Source: Bryobacterales bacterium
GTDB taxonomy: Bacteria > Acidobacteriota > Terriglobia > Bryobacterales > UBA6623
Assembly (NCBI GenBank): GCA_965263255.1
Contig: CBDHHA010000008.1
Span: forward strand, 3,525,987-3,589,986
Length of the DNA stretch: 64,000 nucleotides
Reading direction: 5' to 3'
Shown here: positions 46,444 through 56,100 of the stretch, piece after piece
How the letters are laid out: every line of letters begins with the position of its first letter
How positions within the stretch are numbered: position 1 is the first letter of the stretch
Made by a program: the position numbers and the translations under genes
The notes under the pieces: model-generated
The model's input: only the letters and a program-made list of their open reading frames with translations
Told to the model about the DNA's origin: nothing
Database searches by the model: none

Positions 46444-47811
46444 CTACGCGAGCAGCTCTTTCACGACCCTGCCGTGCACGTCAGTCAGGCGGAAGTCGCG
46501 GCCCGCGTGGCGGTAGGTCAGGCGCTCGTGGTCCATGCCGAGCCGGTCCAGGATCGTCGCTTGGAAGTCATGCACGGTGACCGGATCCTCGGCGACGTCG
46601 AAACCCATCTCGTCGCTCGCCCCGAACACCGTGCCGCCCTTGATGCCGCCTCCGGCCAGCCACGAGCTGTACACCCGGGCATGGTGGCCGCGGCCCTCCG
46701 CTCCGGGCGACGGGCAGGTTGGCGTCCGCCCGAACTCGGTCGTCCAAACGACGATGGTCTCGTCGAGCAGGCCCCTGGCCTTGAGGTCCCGGATGAGCGC
46801 GCCGATCGGCCGGTCTACATTCCGGGCGAGCCGGTTGTAGTGGGCCATCTTGGCGTGCGTGTCCCAGTTCTTGTCGATCGAGGTACCCCCGTCGATCAGT
46901 TCCACGAAGCGCACGCCGCGCTCCACGAGCCGGCGCGCGACGAGGCACTGCCAGGCGAAGCCGTCCGTGCTGCCCCTTTCGAGCCCGTACAGGCCAAGGG
47001 TGCCGTCGGACTCTCCGGACAGGTCGAAGGCCTCGGGTGCCTCCGCCTGCATGCCGAAAGCCGTCTCGAACGACTGGATCCGGGCGGTCAGGTTCGAGTC
47101 GCGCTCGCGACCCCGCAAGTGCTGGCGGTTGAAGTACTCCAGCATGTCCAGCTCGGTCCGCTGCTGGGCGGCGGTGTTCCGCCGGCTCATGTGGGCGATG
47201 GGCTCGTCCCCTGGCAGGATGCGTGTGCCCTGGTGCAGCACGGGCAGGAAGTCCGAGCCCCAGACCTGGCCCCCCGCGTACGGGATCTCGGGAGCGATCA
47301 CCATGAACGAGGGCAGGTTCCTATTGAACGTGCCGAGCCCGTAGCTGACCCAGGAGCCGATGCTGGGCCGGTTGAACGTTGCTGAGCCCGTATGGATGCC
47401 CAGCGTGGCGCCGAAGTGGTCGCCGTTAATGTTCTTCATCGATCGGACCACGGCGATGTCGTCGATCACCTTGCCGATCTCGGGAAACAGGTCGCTGACC
47501 TCGGTACCACTCTGCCCGTAGCGCCGGAACTCCCAGTCGGAGCCCTTGTAGACACGATTCTTGCCGTGGCGCTTGTCGTGGTTCTCCCGCAGGAACGGCT
47601 TGGGGTCGAAGGTGTCGACGTGCGAGACCCCCCCGGTCATGAACAGGAAGATGACGTGCTTCGCCTTGCCACCGTAATGCGGTGCCTTGGGCGCGAGCGG
47701 ATCGGCCGGATCGGATCCCAGCATCTCCGAGAGCAGACCGGGAAGGAGCAGCCCGCCGCCCGCCAGCGAGCGGATCGATTGCCGGCGACTGGGAAGGGGC
47801 ACGCACGCCAT
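46444..47811 (-). CDS. DUF1501 domain protein (sulfatase-like fold), Tat-like signal
   Basis: 455 aa. PSRRQSIRSLAGGGLLLPGLL, FLFMTGGVSHVDTFDPKP, WDTH...and TEFGRTP are typical of DUF1501 proteins. Confidence 0.88.
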   Translation of the reverse strand: MACVPLPSRRQSIRSLAGGGLLLPGLLSEMLGSDPADPLAPKAPHYGGKAKHVIFLFMTGGVSHVDTFDPKPFLRENHDKRHGKNRVYKGSDWEFRRYGQSGTEVSDLFPEIGKVIDDIAVVRSMKNINGDHFGATLGIHTGSATFNRPSIGSWVSYGLGTFNRNLPSFMVIAPEIPYAGGQVWGSDFLPVLHQGTRILPGDEPIAHMSRRNTAAQQRTELDMLEYFNRQHLRGRERDSNLTARIQSFETAFGMQAEAPEAFDLSGESDGTLGLYGLERGSTDGFAWQCLVARRLVERGVRFVELIDGGTSIDKNWDTHAKMAHYNRLARNVDRPIGALIRDLKARGLLDETIVVWTTEFGRTPTCPSPGAEGRGHHARVYSSWLAGGGIKGGTVFGASDEMGFDVAEDPVTVHDFQATILDRLGMDHERLTYRHAGRDFRLTDVHGRVVKELLA

Positions 47812-47843
47812 GGCAACCTAATGGTACCGCCGAGGCCCGCCAT

Positions 47844-48557
47844 TTGACACGCTACGAACGAGTTTTCCTGCTGCTTTCCGGGTTCTTCATTGCCAGTCTG
47901 GTCCTGGCAAACGCCCTGGTCTTCAAGTTCATGGACATCTCGCTGCCGTTCATCGGGGTCGCCACCATCAGCGTCGGCGTGCTGCCGTACCCGATCACGT
48001 TCCTCTGCACGGACCTGATCAGCGAGCTCTACGGCAAGAAGCGAGCGCAGGCCGTGGTGGTGACGGGATTCCTGGTCAGCCTCTACATGCTGGCGCTGCT
48101 CCAGGTCGGACGAGTGGTCCCGGTCTCGCACCTGCAGGACCCGGCGGTCCAGGAGCAGTACCTGGCGGTGTTCGGGCAGAGCGCACGGGCAATCTTCGCA
48201 AGCATGGTCGCCTACCTGGTGGCCCAGCTCATCGACGTCAGGCTGTATCACTTCTGGCGCAGGCTGACCGGAGGCAGGCACCTCTGGCTGCGCAACAACG
48301 GCTCGACCATGGTCAGCCAGCTGGTCGACACCACCGCCGTCGTGACGATCCTCTTCTACGGAGTGTGGTCGTGGAGTGAGATCGGCGCCGTGATCCTCGC
48401 GAGCTATGCCTACAAGCTGATCGTGGCGGCAGCGGACACCCCGCTGATGTATCTCGGGAGGTCGCTGCTCGGGGACATCCTCGCCGAGTCCTTGAAGCGG
48501 AACCGGATCGGAACGGACGAGGTCGCCGAATCAGACAGGCCGGACAACCTGCAGTGA
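47844..48557 (+). CDS. yhhQ: Queuosine-precursor transporter family protein (YhhQ/DUF165, VUT family)
   Basis: ORF 47682..48557. The upstream part overlaps the DUF1501 gene, so I suggest the in-frame TTG at 47844 as the start. ...FKFMDISLPFIGVATISVGVLPYPITFLCTDLISELYGKKRA and DTTAVVTILFYG resemble YhhQ. Confidence 0.75.
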   Translation: MTRYERVFLLLSGFFIASLVLANALVFKFMDISLPFIGVATISVGVLPYPITFLCTDLISELYGKKRAQAVVVTGFLVSLYMLALLQVGRVVPVSHLQDPAVQEQYLAVFGQSARAIFASMVAYLVAQLIDVRLYHFWRRLTGGRHLWLRNNGSTMVSQLVDTTAVVTILFYGVWSWSEIGAVILASYAYKLIVAAADTPLMYLGRSLLGDILAESLKRNRIGTDEVAESDRPDNLQ

Positions 48558-48848
48558 AATCGACTCGACCAAGTGGCCGGCCTTCTCCCGGAACTTGACC
48601 ATGTGCGGCGCGACGGAGTGGGCCTTGAGATCGTCCATGGTCTCCCAGGTCTCCACGACGGTCACTCGCTGCGGTTCGAGAGCCTGAGTGCTCCATCCGG
48701 TGCCGGCGTCGAGGCACGGCTCGTACCGGATGCAACCCTGCTCCGCTCGGACGTTCGGCAGGTTGCCCTTGAAGTGGCTCAGGTATTCGTCGAGGCTGCC
48801 CTCCCGGACGCGGATGGAGGCAATGACGTGAATCATGGTGCCTTCCAT
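48531..48848 (-). CDS. Antibiotic-biosynthesis-monooxygenase (ABM) domain protein
   Basis: Only the last 101-105 aa of ORF 48531..49061 look coding (MEGTMIHVIASIRVREGSLDEYLSHFKG...VVETWETMDDLKAHSVAPHMVKF). The start is ATG 48846-48848 or 48834-48836. Confidence 0.7.
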   Translation of the reverse strand: MEGTMIHVIASIRVREGSLDEYLSHFKGNLPNVRAEQGCIRYEPCLDAGTGWSTQALEPQRVTVVETWETMDDLKAHSVAPHMVKFREKAGHLVESISLQVVRPV

Positions 48849-49065
48849 TGTCCCCGGTGGGCACACGACCGTCCGCGGGGCGGCCGGGCTCGGACCGAGA
48901 GGCCCCGGGGCCGGCCCTCCGGCCAGTCCCACTAGAATGATCCGTGCAAGGCCAATGATCTGACCGACCGCCGCCGGGCGCGTGCCGAACCGACGGGCCA
49001 GGGCGGGTCGCACGGACCGGGAGCGCCGCCGGACGGGACCGAGTCCGTCGCCGTGCGCCACGAAG

Positions 49066-50370
49066 ATGCAGAAGTACAGCCCCGAAATCCGGCGCTTGAT
49101 CGACGGCGGCCTGTTCGACCGGCTCCCGAGAACCTTCTCGGTCTACTCCCTAGACCGCATCCGGGACTGGCACCGGCTGTTTCCTGCCGAGAAGCGCTAC
49201 TTCGAGCGGCTGTTCGGACTGCTGGACCGCTCCCCGGATGGCGCTGTGACAGAGCTATTCGCGCCGCTGCGCGAAGTGGAGCGGAAGATGGATCTCGGAG
49301 GGGGGCTCTGGAGCACGCGGGAGTTCACGCTCGAGCATGTCGACTTCCTGCAGCGGAATCCCCACCTTGCGGAATGGAGGGAGGCGATCGCCGCAGTCTT
49401 CGCCCGGATCGACCCCATCCTGGACGATGAGGTGGCACGATCCGGAAACGCCAGGCTGGTGATCGTCGCCTCTCCCGCAGAACTGCCGATGGGTCCCGAC
49501 CGGATGTGGACGCGCATCCGCGCCAACGGCCAGGCGCTACCCCTCGCCCTGGAGGACGGAGCGGATCTAGGCGACTACCTTGCGAAGCTGCTCACCGGCG
49601 CTCCGCGTGCCAGTCGCGCGCCCAGCATCGTCGACCTGTACGCCGCGCAAAGGGCCAGGGACCCGTTCGACGCCTGGGTCGTCGAAGCCGGCGATCCCGT
49701 CCTGCGGCTGGCCCAGACATTCGACGGATGGGTCGGCCTCAGCTACGAGCGGCTCTCCGAACTGCGCCGCATCCTGATGAAAGAGGTCAACGAGCTCGTC
49801 ACTCAGGAGCGGATACCGGGTCCCCGGCAGCTCGGCGAGCGCCTGCAGCGGATGAACCCCGGGGCGCTCCGCCGCGCCGCTGGACGCGACCCGGCCATGC
49901 AGGACTTCCTCCAGTCCGTGCTGCTCAACGGCAACGGGACGCTGCTAATCAACAACACCTTCGTCGAGTGGACCACGCTGCAGGCGGTCCGGCGAGCGCG
50001 CCCGTCGCTGGTGGTGTCTTCCTTCGGCATCCGCAACAAGGTCAAGCCGTTCAGCAGCCTTCTGATCTACTCCGACCAGGATGAGACGAGCCCGATCCCG
50101 ACGCAGGCCGACATGCTGGGCTCGTACGTCGACTTGGAGGTCTTTTACCAGTACCTATGGCAGGAATGCGACAAGTACGCCGAGTACCGCCGGAACACGG
50201 CGTACCTCTTCGTCGGCATCGGGATGGACGCGCTCTTCGTGATCGCCCCTCCGGATTTCCCGTTGCTCAGGGCAAGCGGCCCGGTGAAGCTCGAAGATGT
50301 CTTCTCGGCGTGCAGGGCATGGATGGGGGTGCGGGCGGAATCCGAGGCGGCGGGCGGCGCGGTACCCTGA
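49066..50370 (+). CDS. Conserved-looking hypothetical protein (no family recognised)
   Basis: ORF 48982..50370. The probable start is ATG 49066 (MQKYSPEIRRLIDGGLFDRLP...). It has 434 aa, is soluble-looking, and shows coding-like composition throughout. Confidence 0.55.
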   Translation: MQKYSPEIRRLIDGGLFDRLPRTFSVYSLDRIRDWHRLFPAEKRYFERLFGLLDRSPDGAVTELFAPLREVERKMDLGGGLWSTREFTLEHVDFLQRNPHLAEWREAIAAVFARIDPILDDEVARSGNARLVIVASPAELPMGPDRMWTRIRANGQALPLALEDGADLGDYLAKLLTGAPRASRAPSIVDLYAAQRARDPFDAWVVEAGDPVLRLAQTFDGWVGLSYERLSELRRILMKEVNELVTQERIPGPRQLGERLQRMNPGALRRAAGRDPAMQDFLQSVLLNGNGTLLINNTFVEWTTLQAVRRARPSLVVSSFGIRNKVKPFSSLLIYSDQDETSPIPTQADMLGSYVDLEVFYQYLWQECDKYAEYRRNTAYLFVGIGMDALFVIAPPDFPLLRASGPVKLEDVFSACRAWMGVRAESEAAGGAVP

Positions 50371-50398
50371 GGGGGACGCCTAGCGTCCGCGCCGAACG

Positions 50399-50659
50399 AT
50401 GCGATTGCCTCTCGCCATCGCGCTCGCGATCTGCTCCCTGCCGCAACTCGCCGGCACGCCCGGGGAGGAGGCACTACTCGAGCGCCTGGCGCACTCCGGC
50501 AGGCTCTCCACAATCGGACTGCGGTCGTCGGACCGCCTCCGCCCTCTCGGCGCCCTCGCGCCCGGCGACCCTCCCCTGCTGGCCTTCCGCTATCTCGAGG
50601 ATCGCCGCCGGCACCGATTCGGCGAGCTCGACCTGATGATGGACGATGCCGGGCACTAG
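50399..50659 (+). CDS. Possible small exported protein
   Basis: 86-aa ORF with a signal-like N-terminus (MRLPLAIALAICSLPQLAG). Its 3' end overlaps the next gene's start by 14 nt. Support is weak. Confidence 0.3.
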   Translation: MRLPLAIALAICSLPQLAGTPGEEALLERLAHSGRLSTIGLRSSDRLRPLGALAPGDPPLLAFRYLEDRRRHRFGELDLMMDDAGH

Positions 50660-51674
50660 GCGCTGGCGGGCCGTCCTGCTCGGGCTTGCGGCCACGGCAG
50701 CGTGCACCGCTCCCGCGAGCGCAGACGAGCCGTTCGAGGAAGGACTGCGCCTGTTCAACGCGGGCAGCCTCGAAGAGGCCAAGGAGCGCTTCTCGTCGTC
50801 GACCGACCGGCGCGCGACCGTCCTGACAGCTATCGTCAGCGCTTCCCTCGGTGACTGCGCGGAAGCCCTGCCCAAGTTGGCGGAGGCCGCGGCTGGGGGC
50901 GATCCGTCCACGTCGCGCCTGGCCGGCCTTGCGGCAGCGCGCTGCGCCATTGCCGGCAAGCGGTTCGATTCCGCTCTCGACACTCTCGGGAAGCTCAGGG
51001 CGGGACATCCGGTGGACCCCGACATCCTGTACGAGACCGCGCGGCTGCACCTGAAGGGCTGGAACGAGGCCGTGTCGGAAATGTTCCGGGCTGTGCCGGC
51101 CTCGTTCCGCGTCAACCAGCTCTCCGCCGAGATCTTCGAGATCCAGGGACGGTACGACGACGCTGTCCGCGAGTACCGCAAGGCCATCGAGAAGGCTCCG
51201 GGCACCATCAACCTGCACTACCGTCTCGGACGGGCACTGCTGATGCGATCGCACGAGCCGAGCGCGCTCGAGGAGGCGCTCGCGGAGTTCCGGGCCGAGC
51301 TGGAACTGAATCCGAGCGACGCCGTCGCGGAGTTCCAGGTCGGCCAGATTCTCCAGGTACAAGGCCGCACCGGTGAAGCGCTCGAGCATTTCGAGCGCGC
51401 CGTGGAGCTTGACGGCGAGTTTCCCGAGGCGCTGATCGCAGTTGCCAAGGAGCGCACCCGGATGGAGCAATTCGGCCAGGCGATCGCACTGCTGGAGCGC
51501 GCCCTCGCGCTTCATCCCGAAAGCGAGCCTGCGCACTACAGCCTGATGCTGGCCTACCGCAACGCGGGCCGCCGGGAGGATGCCCAGCGCGTGCAGGCGG
51601 CGCTCGAGCGGCTCCAGTCCCCCGACGACGGTGAATTCAGCGAGTTCCTCAAGCGGATCGGCGAGGCCCCCTAG
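50646..51674 (+). CDS. Tetratricopeptide-repeat protein, exported
   Basis: 342 aa. Signal peptide (RAVLLGLAATAACTAPASA). Multiple TPR-like helical pairs (..YRKAIEKAPGTINLHYRLGRALL.., ..AEFQVGQILQVQGRTGEALEHFERAVELD.., ..HYSLMLAYRNAGRREDA..). Confidence 0.8.
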   Translation: MPGTRRWRAVLLGLAATAACTAPASADEPFEEGLRLFNAGSLEEAKERFSSSTDRRATVLTAIVSASLGDCAEALPKLAEAAAGGDPSTSRLAGLAAARCAIAGKRFDSALDTLGKLRAGHPVDPDILYETARLHLKGWNEAVSEMFRAVPASFRVNQLSAEIFEIQGRYDDAVREYRKAIEKAPGTINLHYRLGRALLMRSHEPSALEEALAEFRAELELNPSDAVAEFQVGQILQVQGRTGEALEHFERAVELDGEFPEALIAVAKERTRMEQFGQAIALLERALALHPESEPAHYSLMLAYRNAGRREDAQRVQAALERLQSPDDGEFSEFLKRIGEAP

Positions 51675-51675
51675 A

Positions 51676-53307
51676 TTGGGCGCGGCCCGGCTGCTCTCCG
51701 TCGCCGCCGTGGCGGCGGCCCTCCTTCCCGCCGACGACGCCGGCGTTCGGTATGTCGACATCGCGGAGGCAGCGGGGTTCACGCACGTTTTCCCCAACGG
51801 GGGCGACACGCGAAAGGAGTGGATCCTGGAGACGACTGGGAGCGGCGCTGCGTTCCTGGACTACGACGGCGACGGCCTGCAGGACGCGTTCCTGGTCTCC
51901 GGGGAGGGCGCGACGAACCGGCTATACCGCAACCTGGGCGGCGGGCGCTTCGAGGACGTGACCCAAGCGGCGGGACTGCTGAGTTCCGGCTGGGGCCAGG
52001 GGGTCTGCGCAGGGGACTTCGACAACGACGGCTTCGTGGACCTCTTCGTGACGTACTGGGGCCGCAACAGGCTTTACCGCAACACGGGAATGTCGGGCTT
52101 CGAGCCCCGCGAGATCCCCGATTCGGGCAGCTACAGCACCGGCTGCGCGTTCCTGGACGCCGACAACGACGGCGATCTGGACCTGTTCGTGTCGAATTAC
52201 CTGCAGTTCGATTTCGAAACCACCCCCGGCCCCGGCGACAACCCCTATTGCTTCTACCGCGACATGCCAGTCGCATGCGGGCCGCGGGGCCTGCCCTTCG
52301 CCCGTAACGAGTTCCTCCGCAACGACAACGGCGCTTTCCGGGACATGTCGAGGGAAAGCGGCATCGCCGGGCCGGGCCGCAATTACTCTCTCGGCGTCGT
52401 GACGGGCGACTTCGACCGGGACGGGTGGACGGACATTTACGTGGCTTGCGACCGGACGCCCTCGATCCTGTACATGAACCGGGGCGACGGCACGTTCCGC
52501 GACGAGGCAATGCTGCGGGGAGCGGCGCTCGACGAGCACGGCGAGGCGCTCTCGGGGATGGGAGTTGCCGCGGCGGACTTCGACAGGGACGGCTACGCAG
52601 ATATCTTCCGGACGAACTTCTCCGACGAGCGGTCGACCCTGTACGCGAGTCGCGGGGATGGGGACTTCGACGACGCCACCGTGCGGTTCGGACTGGGCGT
52701 CAACACCCGCTTCGTTGGCTGGGGCACGGCATTCCTCGACATCGACAACGACGGATGGCGGGACGTGCTGCTGGTGAACGGCCATGTATTCCCGGAGGTC
52801 GAGAGCCTCGGCAATGTGGACCTGAGCTACCGCGAGAGGGCGGTGGTGTACCGCAATGTCGGCGGCGGGCGGTTCGACGATATCTCACTCGCTGCGGGCC
52901 CGGGCATCCTGCAGCGGCGCGCGGCGCGCGGCCTGGCAGTCGGGGACGTCGACAACGACGGCCGGCCGGAGATCCTGATCAACAGCCAGAACGAGCGGCC
53001 GGCGCTGCTGGCGCAGCGAGGGAGGAGCGCCGGGAACTGGATGATCCTCGATCTGGAGGGCAGCCGCTCCAATCGCAGCGCGATTGGGGCCCGCGTGCTC
53101 GTGAGAACCGCGGCAGGTGCCCAGCAAGCGGAAGTCCGGGGAGGCGGCAGCTATCTGTCCCAGCACACGCTCCGGCTCCATTTCGGGCTCGCTGCGGCCG
53201 GGGAGGCCAGTGTCGAGATTCGCTGGCCGAGCGGCCTGTCCCAGACGCTGGAAGGCCTGCAGGCGGGGCGGGTGCACCGGATTCGCGAGCCCGCGGGAAC
53301 GGATTAA
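51676..53307 (+). CDS. CRTAC1-family protein (FG-GAP/VCBS repeats + ASPIC/UnbV), second copy
   Basis: ORF 51580..53307. I suggest the in-frame TTG 51676, 2 nt after the TPR gene stop, as the start. Repeats are DYDGDGLQDAFL, DFDNDGFVDLFV, DADNDGDLDLFV, DFDRDGWTDIYV, DFDRDGYADIF, DIDNDGWRDVLL and DVDNDGRPEILI. The C-terminus is NRSAIGARVLV...GGGSYLSQHTLRLHFGL. Confidence 0.85.
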   Translation: MGAARLLSVAAVAAALLPADDAGVRYVDIAEAAGFTHVFPNGGDTRKEWILETTGSGAAFLDYDGDGLQDAFLVSGEGATNRLYRNLGGGRFEDVTQAAGLLSSGWGQGVCAGDFDNDGFVDLFVTYWGRNRLYRNTGMSGFEPREIPDSGSYSTGCAFLDADNDGDLDLFVSNYLQFDFETTPGPGDNPYCFYRDMPVACGPRGLPFARNEFLRNDNGAFRDMSRESGIAGPGRNYSLGVVTGDFDRDGWTDIYVACDRTPSILYMNRGDGTFRDEAMLRGAALDEHGEALSGMGVAAADFDRDGYADIFRTNFSDERSTLYASRGDGDFDDATVRFGLGVNTRFVGWGTAFLDIDNDGWRDVLLVNGHVFPEVESLGNVDLSYRERAVVYRNVGGGRFDDISLAAGPGILQRRAARGLAVGDVDNDGRPEILINSQNERPALLAQRGRSAGNWMILDLEGSRSNRSAIGARVLVRTAAGAQQAEVRGGGSYLSQHTLRLHFGLAAAGEASVEIRWPSGLSQTLEGLQAGRVHRIREPAGTD

Positions 53308-53311
53308 CCCA

Positions 53312-54526
53312 TCAGCCGGCAGCGGAGCCGTTCACCGCGCCCTTGCGGCGCGGCCTGACCGCTTCGTGCACCTTCCGGATCGCCCGGGCGGCATCCTCGG
53401 CATCCTGCTCGGTCCCCATGAACAGGCGCAACGGCAGCCAGAAGGAGTCCCGCGTCGCCGACTCGGCAACCGGGCAGGACATCGCCCTGTGCGGAAGGTC
53501 AAGGAACACGGGGTTCGCGTACAGCGGATGGGGGTAGAACGGGCGCACCGGCACTCCCTCCGCCTGCACCGCCTTGACGAAGTCGTCCCGTCCGGTTCCG
53601 AACCGATCCTCGTCCACCCGGCCGGGCACGATGTAGCGGGTCTGGACTGTCGCGCCGTCGGGCGCCTTCTGGAGCGTCAGGCCGTCGACCTCGGCCAAGG
53701 CGGCCTCGAAACGGGCGAAATTGCTGGCCCGGAGCCGGATCTGGTCAGCGAGCCGCTCGAGCTGAGCGGTCAGCAGTGCGGCCTGCATCGCGGTCATGCG
53801 GAGGTTGGTGCCCAGCTCGAAGTGCTCGAACCAGCCCCGGTCCGGCCGGCGGCCTGCATTGGCAATGCTCCGGGCGCGGACAGCCAAGGTCTCGTCAGCG
53901 GTCACGAGAATCCCGCCCTCGCCGGCCGCCATGGCCTTGGAATTCTGGAAGCTGAACGTCCCGCAAGTTCCCAGCCCGCCAGCCCTCGTGCCGAACCACT
54001 CCGCGCCGTGGGCATGGGCCGCGTCCTCGATCACCACTATGCCGCGATCAGCAGCGATGTCCCGGAGCCGGTCAAGGTCCGCCACGACGCCCCCGAAATG
54101 GACCGGAATGAGCGCCCGAGTCACATCGGAGACAGCTTCCGACGCGCGGACAGGATCGAGATTGTAGGAATCGGCCTCAATGTCGGCGAAGACCGGTATG
54201 GCCCCGACGCGGCTGACTGCAGTGGCGGTCGCGATAAAGCTATGCGCGGGAACTATGACCTCGTCCCCGGGACCGATGCCGCACGCATGCAGCGCAAGCT
54301 CGAGAGCCATGGTGCCGCTGGATACCGCAACGCCGAACTCGCAATCGTGCAACTGCGCGAAGAGTTCCTCGAACGCCTCGACGACCTCCCCGCTCCCGCC
54401 CCAGTTCGGCGTCTCCAGCACGGCTCGGACCCGGTCGAGGTCACCTTCGCCGAGCGCGGGCCATTCCGGATACGGCTCTTCGCGGACTGCCGGACCGCCG
54501 TCCAATGCCAATCGGTGATCCGACAC
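53312..54526 (-). CDS. DegT/DnrJ/EryC1/StrS-family PLP-dependent aminotransferase
   Basis: 404 aa. ALELALHACGIGPGDEVIVPAHSFIATA, VIEDAAHAHGA, and GTFSFQNSKAMAAGEGG (PLP-lysine context). Confidence 0.9.
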   Translation of the reverse strand: MSDHRLALDGGPAVREEPYPEWPALGEGDLDRVRAVLETPNWGGSGEVVEAFEELFAQLHDCEFGVAVSSGTMALELALHACGIGPGDEVIVPAHSFIATATAVSRVGAIPVFADIEADSYNLDPVRASEAVSDVTRALIPVHFGGVVADLDRLRDIAADRGIVVIEDAAHAHGAEWFGTRAGGLGTCGTFSFQNSKAMAAGEGGILVTADETLAVRARSIANAGRRPDRGWFEHFELGTNLRMTAMQAALLTAQLERLADQIRLRASNFARFEAALAEVDGLTLQKAPDGATVQTRYIVPGRVDEDRFGTGRDDFVKAVQAEGVPVRPFYPHPLYANPVFLDLPHRAMSCPVAESATRDSFWLPLRLFMGTEQDAEDAARAIRKVHEAVRPRRKGAVNGSAAG

Positions 54527-54958
54527 GACCTCTCAGTGTAGTGAGTGAACTGCCGCCCATTGCCGCGAGCGCGCGAGTCTGCGCAGACGAGCCGGACGGG
54601 CCGGCTGGTGCGGATCCAACATCGGGTATTCGTGGCTTGCCGGCGGGAAGGAAACTGGTGGATCCAGCAGCGCGGCCGGATCGAAGCCGGGTAGGTCACC
54701 GCTCATGGCGCCGGAGCGGACACTTGGCGGCCACCATCGCGAGAACGGCCTCGCCTTTGTCGCCGGAATCTGATACGGGCGCTGGTCCGCGCCGATCCGG
54801 CAGAAGGCATTGGCCGCTGCCGGTGCCCCTGCGGGGCAACAATAATGGAGGCGTCAGGCCGCTCCCGGGCAATCGGCCGCCGAGTCGCGATCCATTCACG
54901 GACTCGATCTCGGTCCCGGCAGGCGTCTCCTGTGGCCCATGTCGAGAGGAACCGATTG

Positions 54959-55973
54959 ATGCACCGAAGACTGCACTGCGTGATTGCTTTGGCAGCAATG
55001 CCCCACCTGCACTGCGGGGAGGGGGTCACCAGCGAACCTCCTGATGCCGCACCAGGAGGAGCCTGGTCGGTTGTCGCCACCTCAGGGAGCCCGACCGCCC
55101 GGCACGAGGCGGCAATGGCCTCCGTGGGCGGCAAGGGGTATCTCATGGGCGGGCGGGGCGTGAAGCCCGTGGAGGAGTTCGATCCGGAAACGCGGTCGTG
55201 GCGGAAGCTCGGTCCGACGCCGTTGGAGATGCACCACTTCCAGCCCGTGGCGCACGGGAACCGAATCTACGTGTTGACCGCGATGACCGGGAAGTACCCG
55301 ACTGAGACGCCACTCGATTCCGTGTACGTTTTCGACCCGGCCTCGGACGCCTGGCAACGAGGCCCCGAGATCCCTCCCGAGCGCAGGAGAGGTGCCGCCG
55401 GCGCAGTGGTGCATGACGGCAAGTTCTACCTGGCCTGCGGGATCGTCAACGGACATACGAGCGGGACGGTGCCTTGGTTCGACGAGTTCGACCCGGCGTC
55501 AAACACGTGGCGCCAGCTGCCGGATGCTCCGCGCGCGAGGGATCACTTCTCCGCGGTCGTCAGCCAGGGGCGGCTCTACCTGGTAGGCGGCCGCGACACC
55601 AGCTACCACGAGGCCGGACAACTTCACCGCATTCTTCGGAGCGGTCATTCCCCAAGTGGACGTGTACGACTTCTCATCCGGCGAGTGGACCACCCTGCCA
55701 CAGCACCTTCCGGTGCCCACTGCAGCGGGCGGCCTAGTCGAGTCTGGCGGTGCAATCTACTACTTCGGCGGTGAGACGGACCAGGATCTGGCGCATGCGG
55801 AAACCCAACGACTCGATCCTGGAACCGGCGAGTGGGGGCTCGTCGCTCCGCTCCGAAGGGGTCGGCACGGTGGAGGCGCCGCCGTCCTGGACGGTAGGAT
55901 CTATGTGGCCGCCGGCAGCGGCGGCCGCGGAGGGGGTCCCGAACTCTCCTCCACCGAAGTCTTCGCACCATGA
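54959..55973 (+). pseudogene. Kelch-repeat protein interrupted by a frameshift (pseudogene or sequencing error)
   Basis: The N-terminal part is in the frame of ORF 54845..55774, with probable start ATG 54959. It contains GKGYLMGG, NRIYVLTAM, GKFYLACG and GRLYLVGGRDTSYHEAG. The continuation DNFTAFFGAVIPQVDVYDFSSGEWTTL...GAIYYFGG...GRIYVAAG is in the frame of ORF 55656..55973. The frame switch must lie between 55587 and 55619. Confidence 0.75.
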
Positions 55974-56100
55974 CCGGACCGGGCGATCGGATGAGGGGAA
56001 CCCCGCGCAGTGCGTACCGGGGGCCTCGGCCGGGCCCGGAGCGACTGAGAGACAAGGGGGCCAATGGCCAGCCGGGAGCTGGCGGTAGGGAGTCGGAACG

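Noticed and set aside
47812-47843. preQ1 riboswitch upstream of the yhhQ-like transporter
   Set aside because: Only about 32 nt separate it from the divergent DUF1501 gene start. No preQ1-I/II consensus features (A-rich tail, conserved loop) are visible.
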